A stretch of 64,000 bases of DNA from NCBI GenBank assembly GCA_020634975.1, contig JACKAQ010000001.1, positions 3,383,272 through 3,447,271 on the forward strand, in the 5' to 3' direction. Below the pieces are notes generated by a model. That model was given only the letters and a program-made list of their open reading frames with translations. It did no database searches and was not told where the DNA came from. The position numbers and the translations under genes are program-made. Shown here in pieces: positions 1 through 11,109 of the stretch (its first letter is position 1; the number at the start of each line of letters is the position of its first letter). The DNA comes from Calditrichia bacterium (GTDB lineage Bacteria; Calditrichota; Calditrichia; RBG-13-44-9; J075).

Positions 1-1686
1 AACAACGCTCTGGACAATATTTTCGATGTATCGCTGATAGACCTCACCGATGTGGAGCGATTGGAAGTGATCAAAGGCAGCAACACGGCATTGTATGGTT
101 CCGAGGCGTTTTCCGGGGTGGTGAACGTGGTGCCGCGTGCCCGCCAGGATTATAAAATCCGCTTTCAACAACGGATCGGCTCATACAATTCCGGCGATTG
201 GGGGCTGTATCTCAACAATAAAATCGGCAAATTGTACGGCGGTTACAGTATTAAGCGCGGTAACGCGCAACGGGCTTTTGCCAACGAGGCAGAGGGCAAC
301 CAGTTGCTGGAAAACCGTTCGGAACACCACACTGCAAATTTGGCGTATCATTTTAAAGAAACGCCCGGTGGCAGACCCATTTCTTCGCTGAGTTTGATGT
401 ATGTGCGCTCCGAGCTGGATTTTGCCAACCAGCGCGATAGCGAAAATCTGCAAAATTTCAATCAGATGATCTCGGCGCGATTTGATGGCGATATCGGTAA
501 TGTTACCGGATTATCGCTTTCCGGCGCATACCAATGGCTGGATGAAAACCAGTTTCTGCTGTTCGCAGATGCCGAAAATTCATCCGGTTTTCTCACCCGC
601 GAAATCGAAAACCGGTCGTGGCATTTTAATGCCGACCGCACCATGCGCTACCGTAACTTGCGATTACTGATTGGTTATCAATATAAACAAACCTTGCTCG
701 ATTTCCGCGACAACCGCTTTGTGATCAACGATGAAGATAACGAACTGGCGTTAGCATCGCTGAAACGGGCGCAACATGGCTTTGTTTCTATCGCCAAATA
801 TCGCGTGCCGACACGCTCCACATTTTTTCCCAGCATCAATTTTGATGCGAGTTTCCGATACGATATTGTAAAAGACCGGGAAGCGGAATCGCATATTCAA
901 AACGATACCCCGGCGGATGATGCGCTGTGGCGGGAGCAAACCATCAAAATTTCGGCGCATACCAACGGCAGTAACGGCAAATTTGCGCTGAACGGATTTA
1001 TTAATCTCGGTTCCAACGTAAAATTTCCAACGCTGATGCAGCAAATTAGCTCGCGGGAAATTTTGGCGAGCGGCGATAATACGGTATTGCTGCGACCGGA
1101 AAAGAATCACAGTATCGAATTTGGTGCGGAAATCAGCCGGGAAGTCCGGCGGCCGCAACTTTTCGGTTGGCAGTTGGGTGTCAATTTATTCCACAATGAA
1201 TATCAAAATAAATTCCGCAGTTATTCCCTGCCGGGAACGCCGATTGCGTTTTTTGACAACGTGCCTTTCGCCAGCATTACCGGTGTGGAAGCGCAGCAGC
1301 GGCTGTTTCTGTTTAATAAAAAAGTGACGATGGAATTGGGTGCGTCCCGTTATTCGCTGTCTGATCTGGCAACTTTTCCATTCAAATATGATCGCAAATA
1401 TACATTTGATATCCGCATCGACGAAGGCGGCTATTCCTTCCGTGTGAACGCGTTTAAAGAGGGCGAACAGATTGCCCAGATCCGCAAAACCGACGGCACT
1501 TTTTCGGAAGTCAATATCGGTTCCGTCGGGAATATTGATGTATTTTTCAGCAAATCTTTCGAAATTAACCGCATCAAATGGTTTTTTAACGCGAGTTTTC
1601 GCAATGTATTAAATGATGATTATCAGTTGGAAGGGTTGACTTTGCGGGATCGCCGGTATTATTTTACACTCGGTATTCAATATTAA
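1..1686 (+). CDS. TonB-dependent outer membrane receptor, 5'-partial (frame is open to the window start)
   Basis: The plug/barrel junction motif 'DLTDVERLEVIKGSNTALYGSEAFSGVVNVV' is typical of TonB-dependent transporters. The long beta-barrel region ends in an aromatic residue ('...LGIQY'). The reading frame is open from nucleotide 1, so the N-terminus lies upstream of the window. Confidence 0.8.
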   Translation, partial: NNALDNIFDVSLIDLTDVERLEVIKGSNTALYGSEAFSGVVNVVPRARQDYKIRFQQRIGSYNSGDWGLYLNNKIGKLYGGYSIKRGNAQRAFANEAEGNQLLENRSEHHTANLAYHFKETPGGRPISSLSLMYVRSELDFANQRDSENLQNFNQMISARFDGDIGNVTGLSLSGAYQWLDENQFLLFADAENSSGFLTREIENRSWHFNADRTMRYRNLRLLIGYQYKQTLLDFRDNRFVINDEDNELALASLKRAQHGFVSIAKYRVPTRSTFFPSINFDASFRYDIVKDREAESHIQNDTPADDALWREQTIKISAHTNGSNGKFALNGFINLGSNVKFPTLMQQISSREILASGDNTVLLRPEKNHSIEFGAEISREVRRPQLFGWQLGVNLFHNEYQNKFRSYSLPGTPIAFFDNVPFASITGVEAQQRLFLFNKKVTMELGASRYSLSDLATFPFKYDRKYTFDIRIDEGGYSFRVNAFKEGEQIAQIRKTDGTFSEVNIGSVGNIDVFFSKSFEINRIKWFFNASFRNVLNDDYQLEGLTLRDRRYYFTLGIQY

Positions 1687-1698
1687 TTCCGGGGTAAA

Positions 1699-2574
1699 AT
1701 GATACTGTCTGCTGCACTAAATCCGGTTGTCCGCCGGGCAATATGTTGTATCGTCAGCTGGCTGATTGTCGGCTGCACAGAAAATCCGTTTACCAACACC
1801 GAAACATTCCAATCCCACAGCTCATTCAGCGGCCAAATTCAATTTAATCAATCAGATACGACCCAAATGCCCCGGGCATATATTTGGATGGAAGCGTTGG
1901 ATTTCGGCACGTTTTCCGAAATTGGTGGCGCATTTAAACTGTCGTTGCCATCGCCATCTAACCAGCCGGGCGGCGGTTTTACGGGTAGTTCAAATGTGTA
2001 TTTTTATCTGGCTAATTTTTCGCTGGACTCGATTCGGGTGGTTATGCATAAAGGCGAGCTTATTTTCGAACGCGGTTCGCTGAATAATGTGGGGCAGGTG
2101 GAAGAAGATATTGTTTTGAATCAGCTGTTTTCGGTGGATATTTCTGCAGAACCTGCATTTTTTACTTCGGGTTTTGAAGACACCCTCGATGTTTCCGTGA
2201 CTCTCAGCGCTTTTGCAGATTCTCAGGCGATTTGGACGATGGCAGCAACAACGGATGATATCTCCAGCGTGTTGCTTTGGCAGGTTGATTCCACATCGAA
2301 TGACGCCACATTTTTACGCAACCTCGACGCTACGGAGCAATTGCGAATTATCGGGGAAACGCCGGTAACCTGGCATGGACAGTTTGTTATCGCGCCGCAA
2401 TTAATTGATATCGGCGAATACCGTGTTTTACCCCATCTCTGGGTTGACGGGCATCGCCCGCCGGATGCGTTAATCCGAAAATTAGGAACCACTTTTCGGG
2501 CATATGATGAAAGTTTCCGGTTTTTGCCGTTTTTGCGGAATGGTGGCAAATTGACGATTCTTGAGCCCAAATAG
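1699..2574 (+). CDS. hypothetical lipoprotein encoded downstream of the TonB-dependent receptor
   Basis: A 291-aa ORF begins 13 bp after the receptor stop. The N-terminus ends in a lipobox-like 'LIVGC'. No recognisable catalytic motif was found. Confidence 0.45.
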   Translation: MILSAALNPVVRRAICCIVSWLIVGCTENPFTNTETFQSHSSFSGQIQFNQSDTTQMPRAYIWMEALDFGTFSEIGGAFKLSLPSPSNQPGGGFTGSSNVYFYLANFSLDSIRVVMHKGELIFERGSLNNVGQVEEDIVLNQLFSVDISAEPAFFTSGFEDTLDVSVTLSAFADSQAIWTMAATTDDISSVLLWQVDSTSNDATFLRNLDATEQLRIIGETPVTWHGQFVIAPQLIDIGEYRVLPHLWVDGHRPPDALIRKLGTTFRAYDESFRFLPFLRNGGKLTILEPK

Positions 2575-2604
2575 CCGTTTCGAATTCGAAATAAATCCCC
2601 AAAA

Positions 2605-5600
2605 TTATTGCGACAGCCAAACCCGGATCAGCGAAATGAGGTGTTCCTCGTCCACCGGTTTCGGGAGAAAATCGTTTGCGCCTGCGGAGAAACAGCTATC
2701 GCGGTCGCTTTGCATCACTTTGGCTGTCAGCGCGATAATCGGCGTATTTTTAAAAATTTCCTGGCTGCGAATTTGGCGCATCGCTTCAAAACCGTCCATT
2801 TCCGGCATCATGATATCCATTAAAATCAAATCCTGATGCGGATCGGATGCCAGCATTTTTAACGCCTGCACGCCGTTTTTGCCTGTGCTAACCTTCATCC
2901 CTCGGGATTCCAGAACTTGTGTCAGCGCAAACAGATTGCGCATGTCATCATCAACCAGCAGAATTTTCTTGCCTTCGATGATTTCTGCTTTTGCCGGCAG
3001 CGATTCAACCATCTGTTGTTGATTTTCCGGCATTCTTTCGGTCAGGCGATGCAAAAATAAATTCGTTTCATCCAACAGTTTTTCCGGCGGACAATGGCCT
3101 TTTTTGAGCACTCGCTGCGCCAGTAATTGCAATTGTCCCTGCTCATCCGGGGATAATTCTTTTCCGGTGTAAATAATTACGGCTGGCAAGGTGACATTCG
3201 GCTGAGACTGCAACGATTCCAGCAAATCAATTCCGGACATATCCTTCAACCCCAAATCCAGAAGAATACAGTCAAATTCATCTTTGTTCAAAACATCGAT
3301 AGCTTCCGTACCGTTGGCAAAAGTGGTGATTTGCAAATCTTCGCTGGCAAAAAAATCGGCTAAATTTTCGCGCAGGTTGTCGTCGTCCTCAACAATCAGC
3401 AGCTTTTTGGGATAGCGTTCCGCGATCCGTTCGATTTTCAGAAATGCCGATTGCAATTGCTCAACCGAAACCGGTTTGTGCATCACGCCGATTGCGCCGA
3501 GTTTTAAGGCATCGTCCAGCGCCGATTGCCCGGAAATAACGTGCACGGGAATATGGCGGGTGACTGAGTCATTTTTTAGTGTATCCAGCACATTCCAGCC
3601 GTTTCGCCCGGGTAAACCGAGATCGAGAATGATACCGTGCGGCATTAACTGTTGGGCAAATTGCAAACCGGTATCGCCATCGCCGGCAATAATGCCTTTG
3701 AAATTCCGATCGTGGACAAATGTTAGCAAAATATTGGCAAATTCCGGGTCATCTTCGATAATCAGAATTACGCGGTCACCGCTTTCCAGATTCGCACGAT
3801 CATCCTTTATCGCAATTGGCTCGGGTTTGGGCTCGGGAACAGACATGTTTTCCACCAAAAAATCGACGTTTTGGGGAGGCGTCAATATTGCATCGTGTTC
3901 GGCGGGAATAATCCCGGACGATTGGGCAGGTAAAATAATGCCAAAAGTGCTGCCGATGCCCGGCTCGCTTTCGAGATACATTTCGCCGCCCAAAATATTT
4001 ACCAACTCGCGGGAAATGGATAGCCCCAAACCGGTGCCGCCATATTTGCGGCTGGTTGTGCCATCTGCCTGCTGAAATGCTTCGAATATCAGCTGATGTT
4101 TTTCGGGGGCAATGCCAACGCCGGAATCGCGAACGCTGATAATCAGCGCCGGATTTTCTGCCAGCGACGCACGCTGCAATTTTCGCTTCCCGTTGAAGCT
4201 GCGAACATCGATTGTCACGCCACCGGATTCGGTAAATTTGAATGCGTTGGAAAGCAAGTTTTTCAGCACCTGGCTCAGCCGGAGCGAATCCGTATCGATC
4301 ATGCCCGGTGCATCTTTTTCATAATTGATGGCGAAATCCACACCCTTTTGCTCTGCGATATGTTGGAACTGTAACTCGATATCGGACAACAGGTTACGTA
4401 AATCAGTCGCACGGATATCAATTTGTAATTTACCGGATTCAACTTTCGAGAGATCCAGAATATCGTTAATCAGCGTGAGCAAATCCGTACCGGCGGAGTT
4501 GATAATTTGGGCATAGCGAATCTGCCCCTCGGTAAGATTTCCGGTTTTGTTTTCCGATAGCATTTTGGATAAAATGAGCAAACTGTTCAGCGGCGTGCGC
4601 AACTCATGCGACATATTCGCCAAAAACTCGGATTTGTATTTATTGGCAAGCTCCAGATCGCGTGCTTTTTCTTCAACCAGTTTTTGGGCGATTTTCAATT
4701 CTTCATTTTTGCGTTTTAACAACGTTTGCTGTTTTTCCAGCTCGTGGGTTTGCGCTTCCAGCTCTGTATTGGAGGTTTGGAGCGCCTGTTGTTGCAGTTG
4801 CAGTTGTTTTTCAGATTGTCGCAGCGCTGCGGTTTGTATTTCCAGCCGTTCATTTGCTTGACGCAATTCTTCCTGCTGAGTGCGTAATTCTTCAGCCTGT
4901 TTTTGAGTGGCTTCCAGCAAATCTTTCAGTTTTGTGCGCGATTCCGCCGTTTGAAAATTTATGGCGATATTGGGATTTACCTGCTCCAAAAATTGCAATT
5001 CATTTTCCGTAAATTCCCCAAATTTGCCAAGTTCGATAGCGCCGATAATGTTGCCTTCGTAAATAAATGGCGTAACCAGCACATTGGCAGGTGTTGATTC
5101 ACCTAATCCTGAACGGATACTCAAATAGCCATCCGGCACATTTTTCAGGAGTATGGTTTTTTTCGTGAGCGCAGTTTGGCCGACCAAACCTTCGCCGATT
5201 TCAAATGTTTTTTGGTCATCCTGCCGGATAGCCAGCGAGTAGCTCCCCACCATCTTCAGCCGGTGCTGATCCGGCAATAAATAAATGGCGCCAACCTGCG
5301 CATCCAAATATCCGCACAAAAACTGGATCACGTTTTGAGCCATTTTTTCAATGCCCAGCTCGCCGCTCATGTGCGTGTGCAGTTCGGTTTGTCCCGTTTT
5401 CAACCAGTTTTGCTGGGTGTTTTCCTGCGATATTTCGATGAGATTGCGCTTCATTTGTTCCAGCGCATTGCCCAAAACATCCGCTTTGCTGCGAACGCGA
5501 ACGGAATATGAATAATCGCCCTGCCCGATGGCATTGGCGGCGCGGGTTAGGTCTTTTGTCGCGTCGATCAGCGATACAAACGCTTTTGCCAAAAACCCGA

Positions 5601-6312
5601 ATTCATCCCTCGTTGTAACCTGCAAAGCCACATCAACTTTGCCCTGCGCCAAATTGTTTGCTGCATTTACAATTTCATTCAACGGTTTGTCGATTGACCG
5701 GATGATGTAATAACCGAGGATGCTGAACAGCACCATCACGATAAAAATAACCGAATTGGTGAGCAGCGTCGATGCTTCATAATTGGTTTTGGTAGACCGG
5801 AATGCCTCGGTCATTTTAACTTTATTTTCGCGGGTTTTGTCTGCCAGGGTGGTTTTGATGCTGTTATACTGCTCTTTCATCACTTCCAGCGCGGCAATGG
5901 TTTCCTCATTAAATTCACCCAAAATCATGCGTCGGACGTTTTTGTCTGCCAATCGATAATAAATTGCCAGATCTTTTTCCATCCGGTTCAAAATTTCTTC
6001 GGAAATGGTGGGATTCATTCTGCCGGTATTCAATTGCAGTAGAAAAACTTTATACAGAGAATCTGCAATAACCAACTCATCTTCATCGGCGGCGGCAACG
6101 GCATTTTGCATGGCATATTGCAGCGAAAGCAGCGTTTCTTCCAGATCGCGGCTAAGCTCCAACGCCGACACATAACCGGTTTCAATTTCCGATATCAGTT
6201 GCTCATTGTTATAGCGGAAAAAATAATTGCTCATTACAATAATCACAAAAATCAAAATGGAGATAATTACCATTAATGATATTTTGTCGCGGATTTTAAG
6301 TTGACTAAACAT
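2605..6312 (-). CDS. hybrid sensor histidine kinase/response regulator (TM, HAMP, GAF-like, coiled coil, HisKA, HATPase_c, three receiver domains)
   Basis: There is an N-terminal TM segment and a HAMP-like segment. A long QQ/EL-rich coiled coil follows. The H-box is 'MSHELRTPLNSL' and G-box motifs 'GGTGLGLSIS' are present. Three REC domains carry conserved 'DLGLPG', 'LLDLGL' and 'ILMDIMMPEMDG' aspartates. Confidence 0.85.
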   Translation of the reverse strand: MFSQLKIRDKISLMVIISILIFVIIVMSNYFFRYNNEQLISEIETGYVSALELSRDLEETLLSLQYAMQNAVAAADEDELVIADSLYKVFLLQLNTGRMNPTISEEILNRMEKDLAIYYRLADKNVRRMILGEFNEETIAALEVMKEQYNSIKTTLADKTRENKVKMTEAFRSTKTNYEASTLLTNSVIFIVMVLFSILGYYIIRSIDKPLNEIVNAANNLAQGKVDVALQVTTRDEFGFLAKAFVSLIDATKDLTRAANAIGQGDYSYSVRVRSKADVLGNALEQMKRNLIEISQENTQQNWLKTGQTELHTHMSGELGIEKMAQNVIQFLCGYLDAQVGAIYLLPDQHRLKMVGSYSLAIRQDDQKTFEIGEGLVGQTALTKKTILLKNVPDGYLSIRSGLGESTPANVLVTPFIYEGNIIGAIELGKFGEFTENELQFLEQVNPNIAINFQTAESRTKLKDLLEATQKQAEELRTQQEELRQANERLEIQTAALRQSEKQLQLQQQALQTSNTELEAQTHELEKQQTLLKRKNEELKIAQKLVEEKARDLELANKYKSEFLANMSHELRTPLNSLLILSKMLSENKTGNLTEGQIRYAQIINSAGTDLLTLINDILDLSKVESGKLQIDIRATDLRNLLSDIELQFQHIAEQKGVDFAINYEKDAPGMIDTDSLRLSQVLKNLLSNAFKFTESGGVTIDVRSFNGKRKLQRASLAENPALIISVRDSGVGIAPEKHQLIFEAFQQADGTTSRKYGGTGLGLSISRELVNILGGEMYLESEPGIGSTFGIILPAQSSGIIPAEHDAILTPPQNVDFLVENMSVPEPKPEPIAIKDDRANLESGDRVILIIEDDPEFANILLTFVHDRNFKGIIAGDGDTGLQFAQQLMPHGIILDLGLPGRNGWNVLDTLKNDSVTRHIPVHVISGQSALDDALKLGAIGVMHKPVSVEQLQSAFLKIERIAERYPKKLLIVEDDDNLRENLADFFASEDLQITTFANGTEAIDVLNKDEFDCILLDLGLKDMSGIDLLESLQSQPNVTLPAVIIYTGKELSPDEQGQLQLLAQRVLKKGHCPPEKLLDETNLFLHRLTERMPENQQQMVESLPAKAEIIEGKKILLVDDDMRNLFALTQVLESRGMKVSTGKNGVQALKMLASDPHQDLILMDIMMPEMDGFEAMRQIRSQEIFKNTPIIALTAKVMQSDRDSCFSAGANDFLPKPVDEEHLISLIRVWLSQ

Positions 6313-6390
6313 GGTAAACCAATTTAAAATAATAGTTTATGTGGTAGAGAAAATGTTGAAATCGATATACTTTTTGAGAAATAAACGGTA

Positions 6391-8121
6391 CTATCTAACG
6401 GTTTTTCCTGCTACAACTTGCGAAATCACATGCTTCAATTCGTCTATCCGCAACGGTTTCGCCACATATCCGTCCATTCCGGCCAACAAACATTCTTCTT
6501 TGTCGCCTTTGATCGCGTTTGCGGTTAGGGCAATAATGGGAATATGCTTGTTTTGATTTTTTTCCATTTCGCGGATGTTGCGGGTTGCGGTCAGCCCATC
6601 CATTTCCGGCATCATCACATCCATCAAAATCAAATCGAAGGCATCATTTTTGAACAAATCGAGTGCTATTTGGCCGTTTTCGGCAATTTCTATGGAATGC
6701 CCCATTTTTTCCAGCACACGATACGCGAGTTTTTGATTGACGTGATTATCTTCCGCCAGCAAAATATGCAGCGATTGGGTATTTTCCGGGTGATCCATGG
6801 TCGTTAAATCTGGCAAATGATCATCCGCAGATTCTGTTTCGTCAATCGCTTGTTTCAGCACAATTGTGAAAATGAAACTGCTGCCGGGTGTCTCTGGATT
6901 CTGTTTCAAAAAATCGGTCGGTTTTTCGCTTAATTTGCCTTCCTGAACGATAGTATATGTATTTTCAGTGTTATGATTTGCCGGACTCTCAACCCAAATT
7001 TTTCCGTTCATCAACACGACCAGTTGCGAAGAAATTGCCAGCCCCAAACCTGTTCCGCCAAATTTGCGGGAAATGGAATTGTCAACCTGGGTAAACGCAT
7101 CGAAAATGTTTTCCTGCTTTTCCGGCGGTATGCCGATTCCCGTATCGGTGATGTTTAATTTCAAACAAATTTGGTCGTCATTTTGCCATTCCGGTGTAAT
7201 GCTAACATAAACAAAACCGTTTTCCGTGAACTTGATGGAATTGCCAATCAGATTGATAAGTATTTGGCGCAGCCGGTCCGGATCACCGATTACCACTTGA
7301 GGAATCTCATCAGAAATGTGGTATAAAAGCGCAATGTTTTTCTCTAAAGCCCTGAAACTGAGTGCACGCAATGTTTCGTGAATCAATTTGCGGATTTCGA
7401 AAGGAAACGTGGTTAGCTCCAGTTTTTGGGCTTCTATTTTGGAAAAATCGAGAATATCGTTGATTATTTTGAGCAGCGAATCTGCGGAGTGGAGGATCAT
7501 TTCGCTGTATTCGAGCTGTTCCTTCGAAAGATGGGTTTCCAGAAGCAGGTTGCTCATCCCGATGATGCCGTTCATCGGTGTGCGAATTTCGTGGCTCATA
7601 TTCGCCAAAAAAACGCTTTTTGCGCGATTCGCCCGGATAGCATCGTCTTTTGCCTGCTGGAGCATATCCATTTGCATTTTAAGCTGGACGTTTTTGATTT
7701 TCAGCAGCTCTTTTTGGCGAAACAAATCAACAAAAATATCAACTTTGCTGATCAGGATTTGCGGATCAACGGGTTTAAAAATGTAATCGACCGCGCCGGC
7801 GGTATAGCCTTCAAAAATATGGCGCTCATCTTTGCTGATTGCCGTAACAAAAATAATGGGAATATGGCGGGTGCGCTCTGCTCCGCGCATCAGCTTTGCG
7901 GTTTCAAATCCATCCATTTCCGGCATTTGAACATCGAGCAACACCAATGCAAAGTCGTTTTCCAGCAGCAATTCCAGCGCTTTGTAACCGGAGTCAGCCA
8001 AAAATAATTGGCGATCGGGTGCAGCCAGTACGCTCTCCATCGCAGTCAAATTTTCCTGGCGATCATCGACAATTAAAATATTTACAGTTTGACTTTGAAA
8101 ATTATCCAATAGGTTCTTCAT
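6391..8121 (-). CDS. hybrid histidine kinase (REC-HisKA-HATPase_c-REC), probably cytoplasmic
   Basis: The N-terminal receiver carries '[11 protein letters not shown]...[11 protein letters not shown]'. The H-box is '[19 protein letters not shown]', with '[10 protein letters not shown]' further on. The C-terminal receiver carries '[11 protein letters not shown]...[12 protein letters not shown]'. No TM segment is visible. Confidence 0.85.
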   Translation of the reverse strand: MKNLLDNFQSQTVNILIVDDRQENLTAMESVLAAPDRQLFLADSGYKALELLLENDFALVLLDVQMPEMDGFETAKLMRGAERTRHIPIIFVTAISKDERHIFEGYTAGAVDYIFKPVDPQILISKVDIFVDLFRQKELLKIKNVQLKMQMDMLQQAKDDAIRANRAKSVFLANMSHEIRTPMNGIIGMSNLLLETHLSKEQLEYSEMILHSADSLLKIINDILDFSKIEAQKLELTTFPFEIRKLIHETLRALSFRALEKNIALLYHISDEIPQVVIGDPDRLRQILINLIGNSIKFTENGFVYVSITPEWQNDDQICLKLNITDTGIGIPPEKQENIFDAFTQVDNSISRKFGGTGLGLAISSQLVVLMNGKIWVESPANHNTENTYTIVQEGKLSEKPTDFLKQNPETPGSSFIFTIVLKQAIDETESADDHLPDLTTMDHPENTQSLHILLAEDNHVNQKLAYRVLEKMGHSIEIAENGQIALDLFKNDAFDLILMDVMMPEMDGLTATRNIREMEKNQNKHIPIIALTANAIKGDKEECLLAGMDGYVAKPLRIDELKHVISQVVAGKTVR

Positions 8122-8208
8122 TGATCAGACAAAACTTTTTCCGGTTATCGAATCAGGTTTATATATAATATTAACAGGGAACTATGACGTTGTTCGCGAT
8201 CGGAAATT

Positions 8209-8673
8209 TTACTCGATCGAAATGGCGACTACCGGGAAATCCGCGATGTTGGTTTTTGTCGATACATAGCCGATAGCATTCGGGTTTTCTTCGATATATT
8301 TCAAAATTTCCAAATCGTTTGCTTTTTCCGGTGGCGGAATCCCCCGGCCGGAAAAAATCTGTTTTTGCCAGTAGGCTTTAATTTTGGAAACCTTTTTTTC
8401 ATGAATTTTGGTTGAAAAAGTTATGCGAACCGGTGCGTCTTCTTTAAGTTCGATGGGCAAAATCATCTCGTTATTTTCCCAGACTTGAACCTTCTTCAGA
8501 AATATTTCAGATAACTTGTTTTTGTCTAATACTTTGATAGGGTTGGACTTATGGACAATTACAACAAAATCTGACGGTTCCCCTGCATTTAAATTAAACA
8601 GCATGCAAAGGCCAAAAATACCAACCCAGATGTTCATTTTTTTATAGTGCATTTCGTTAATCCGTTTTTTCAT
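8209..8673 (-). CDS. small secreted periplasmic-binding-protein-like domain protein (PstS/PhnD-like fold)
   Basis: It has a signal peptide. The C-terminal motif '...NAIGYVS...' is typical of phosphate/phosphonate-type substrate-binding domains. It lies immediately downstream (same strand) of the hybrid kinase gene. The domain assignment is tentative. Confidence 0.45.
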   Translation of the reverse strand: MKKRINEMHYKKMNIWVGIFGLCMLFNLNAGEPSDFVVIVHKSNPIKVLDKNKLSEIFLKKVQVWENNEMILPIELKEDAPVRITFSTKIHEKKVSKIKAYWQKQIFSGRGIPPPEKANDLEILKYIEENPNAIGYVSTKTNIADFPVVAISIE

Positions 8674-8691
8674 CGTCTGTTTAAGCTCTGC

Positions 8692-9840
8692 TTAGAAACT
8701 GCTGGCCAAGCTTAAAATTGCATATCTGGTTTTAAGTTGGGATTGGATATAGGGGTTTATGTATTGATCTTCGACCAAAAATCCTTCGGTAGTATGTGCT
8801 TCCACCTTTATTACCAAATTTGCGGAAAATGCATAATTTAGGGCAACGCCAAAATCCTGATGGAATTTTTTATCTATATAAGTGCCGCCGATCAGATTGC
8901 CCATATCGAATGGTACGTAGAATTGATGAAATTTTATGGTTTCGTATTGCAGGTTCATCGACAAATCGCCAACCAAACTCAAACCACCCTGTATGTAATA
9001 GCTGTTCATGTAAAACGGAGAGTTGACAACGGAAATGATGTTGTCTTCCGCACGGATGGTAAATCGCTCGAAATCGCCTTCGATGGAAGCTAGATAGCTG
9101 GTAATTGACGGCTCTTGCAGGTTCGCTAATTGAACAAAACTTAATCCCCGCGTCAGAATTCCGTAATAGCCGCTAAATCCGAATCGCAATCCGTCGATGG
9201 GTGTGAATAACCAGCCCTGATAGCCAAATGCACGTTCAATGTCTGCTTCGTCTACAACCAACGTAACTTCGTTGGTTAAGAGTGATTGCAACTTATACCA
9301 TTCCAGCCAGCTCCATTGCCCGGCAAAAACATCACTACGAACGCTCCAGTTTTTCCCCAGTTGATGGGTGTAGCTTAGCACAATCCCGTTCACCGCTTCG
9401 CTGGAAGCACGGGATTCTGAATAAACAGAAGTTGGCGCCCGGTAAAACGGGAGCAGTACACTTACGTCCCGCAATTCGTTCATGATGCCTAATGGCATTT
9501 GCACTTTCCCGAATTTGATGGAAAATGCTGGCGAAAAATGGTGCTCGAAAAATCCCCAGTCCAATTCGAGATCTTGATTAACCAACATGGTTGGGTTTTT
9601 GCCGAGCCGTTTGTGCGCCAGTTGTACCACAAAGTTATTGGTTTCGTTAACGTCAAACCGGAATTGGAGTGCCAGATTGCGATAATCACTGGTGCCATCC
9701 GTTGGGATACCAAAAATCTGGTGATCATCGCTGATGGCAAATCCCTGCGTCAGATGTCCGAAAACCCGCAATTTAGACTGTCCGGAAACACTCAAAGACA
9801 GTGCTATAAATGCAATAAAAATAGTTGTAATGCGTTTCAT
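8692..9840 (-). CDS. outer-membrane beta-barrel (porin-like) protein, paralog 1 of 3 in tandem
   Basis: It has a signal peptide and the conserved N-terminus 'QSKLRVFGHLTQGFAISD'. The alternating beta-strand pattern ends 'RYAILSLASSF', a terminal Phe as in outer-membrane beta-barrel signatures. It is roughly 60% identical to the two neighbours. Confidence 0.7.
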   Translation of the reverse strand: MKRITTIFIAFIALSLSVSGQSKLRVFGHLTQGFAISDDHQIFGIPTDGTSDYRNLALQFRFDVNETNNFVVQLAHKRLGKNPTMLVNQDLELDWGFFEHHFSPAFSIKFGKVQMPLGIMNELRDVSVLLPFYRAPTSVYSESRASSEAVNGIVLSYTHQLGKNWSVRSDVFAGQWSWLEWYKLQSLLTNEVTLVVDEADIERAFGYQGWLFTPIDGLRFGFSGYYGILTRGLSFVQLANLQEPSITSYLASIEGDFERFTIRAEDNIISVVNSPFYMNSYYIQGGLSLVGDLSMNLQYETIKFHQFYVPFDMGNLIGGTYIDKKFHQDFGVALNYAFSANLVIKVEAHTTEGFLVEDQYINPYIQSQLKTRYAILSLASSF

Positions 9841-9963
9841 ACTATCATAGCCCCGTTAAAAAATTCACGACTTGTTACTCATCTATTATCGTGATTTATT
9901 AATATTTCATAACCCACTGGGTCAGTTTTTTTATCGGTTCGATCACAATGCTCTCAACTGTTT

Positions 9964-11109
9964 TTAAAAACTCGTTGCCAGGCTTAAAATTGCATATCTG
10001 GTTCGTAAGGCATCCGGCAGATAGGGCGTGGTAAATTGGTCCTCGACAAAAAAACCGTTGGTTGAATGAACTTCTAACTTTATCACAATATTCGATGAAA
10101 ATGTGTAGTTCAACCCGACACCAAAATCTTCATGTATTTTGCGGCTAATTTTTTTACCAAGTGGCACAATTCCCAGATCATAAGTGACAATAAAATCTTT
10201 AAAATCAACAACTTCGTATTGGGCATTCAGAACAAAATTGCTCCAGATATTTACGCCGGATTGCACATAATAACTGTTCATGTAAAACGGGGAGTTGACG
10301 ACGGATATGATATTATCTTCCGCCCGAACCAGAAATCGATCAAAATCACCCTCCACAGAAAACAAATAACTTGTCAGTGATGGCGCTTTGATGCCGGATA
10401 GCAACTCGCTAAGCCCATTTTCCGTATCGCCGAAATAGCCGCTGAAGCCAAAACGCAACCCATCAATGGGTGTCATTAGCCACGCCTGACAGCCGAAAGC
10501 TTTTTCAATATCAACTGTTTCGAGCTTTACTGAAAGCTCGTTCGATAAAATGGGTGCAATCAAAAGCCACTCCAGCCAACTCCATTGCCCTGCAAATACA
10601 TCGCTGCGGAATCTCCAGCCTTTACCAAGTTTTGTAGAGTAGCCAAAAACAATGCCGTTTACATATTCTCCGGAAGCACGCGATTCTGAGTAAACCGACG
10701 ATGGCGCCCGGTAAAACGGCAGCAAAACGCTAACATCACGCAACTCGTTATAAATGCCCAACGGCATTTGAACTTTGCCAAATTTGAGAAAAATTTCCGG
10801 TGAAAAATGATGTTCGAAAAATCCCCAATCCAGTTCCACATCATCTGCTTCCGATTGTGCTGGGTGTTTACCGAGACGTTTGTGGGCGATTTGCACGATC
10901 AGGTTGTTTTTTGGATCGATGTCGTATCGAAATTGTAAAGCCAGATTGCGGTAATCGCTGGAACCGGATGTCGGAATTCCGAAAATCTGGTGCTCGTCGC
11001 TAATGGCAAATCCTTGCGTCAGATGTCCAAAAACGCGCAGCTTGGATTGACCGGATATGTTCGCCGAAAGTGCAATCAAAAGCGTTGAGATGGTTAACAA
11101 ATATTTCAT
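9964..11109 (-). CDS. outer-membrane beta-barrel (porin-like) protein, paralog 2 of 3
   Basis: It has the same architecture and conserved blocks as paralog 1, including 'ELDWGFFEHHFSP' and 'GKVQMPLGI.NELRDVSVLLPFYRAP'. The C-terminus is 'LSLATSF'. Confidence 0.7.
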   Translation of the reverse strand: MKYLLTISTLLIALSANISGQSKLRVFGHLTQGFAISDEHQIFGIPTSGSSDYRNLALQFRYDIDPKNNLIVQIAHKRLGKHPAQSEADDVELDWGFFEHHFSPEIFLKFGKVQMPLGIYNELRDVSVLLPFYRAPSSVYSESRASGEYVNGIVFGYSTKLGKGWRFRSDVFAGQWSWLEWLLIAPILSNELSVKLETVDIEKAFGCQAWLMTPIDGLRFGFSGYFGDTENGLSELLSGIKAPSLTSYLFSVEGDFDRFLVRAEDNIISVVNSPFYMNSYYVQSGVNIWSNFVLNAQYEVVDFKDFIVTYDLGIVPLGKKISRKIHEDFGVGLNYTFSSNIVIKLEVHSTNGFFVEDQFTTPYLPDALRTRYAILSLATSF

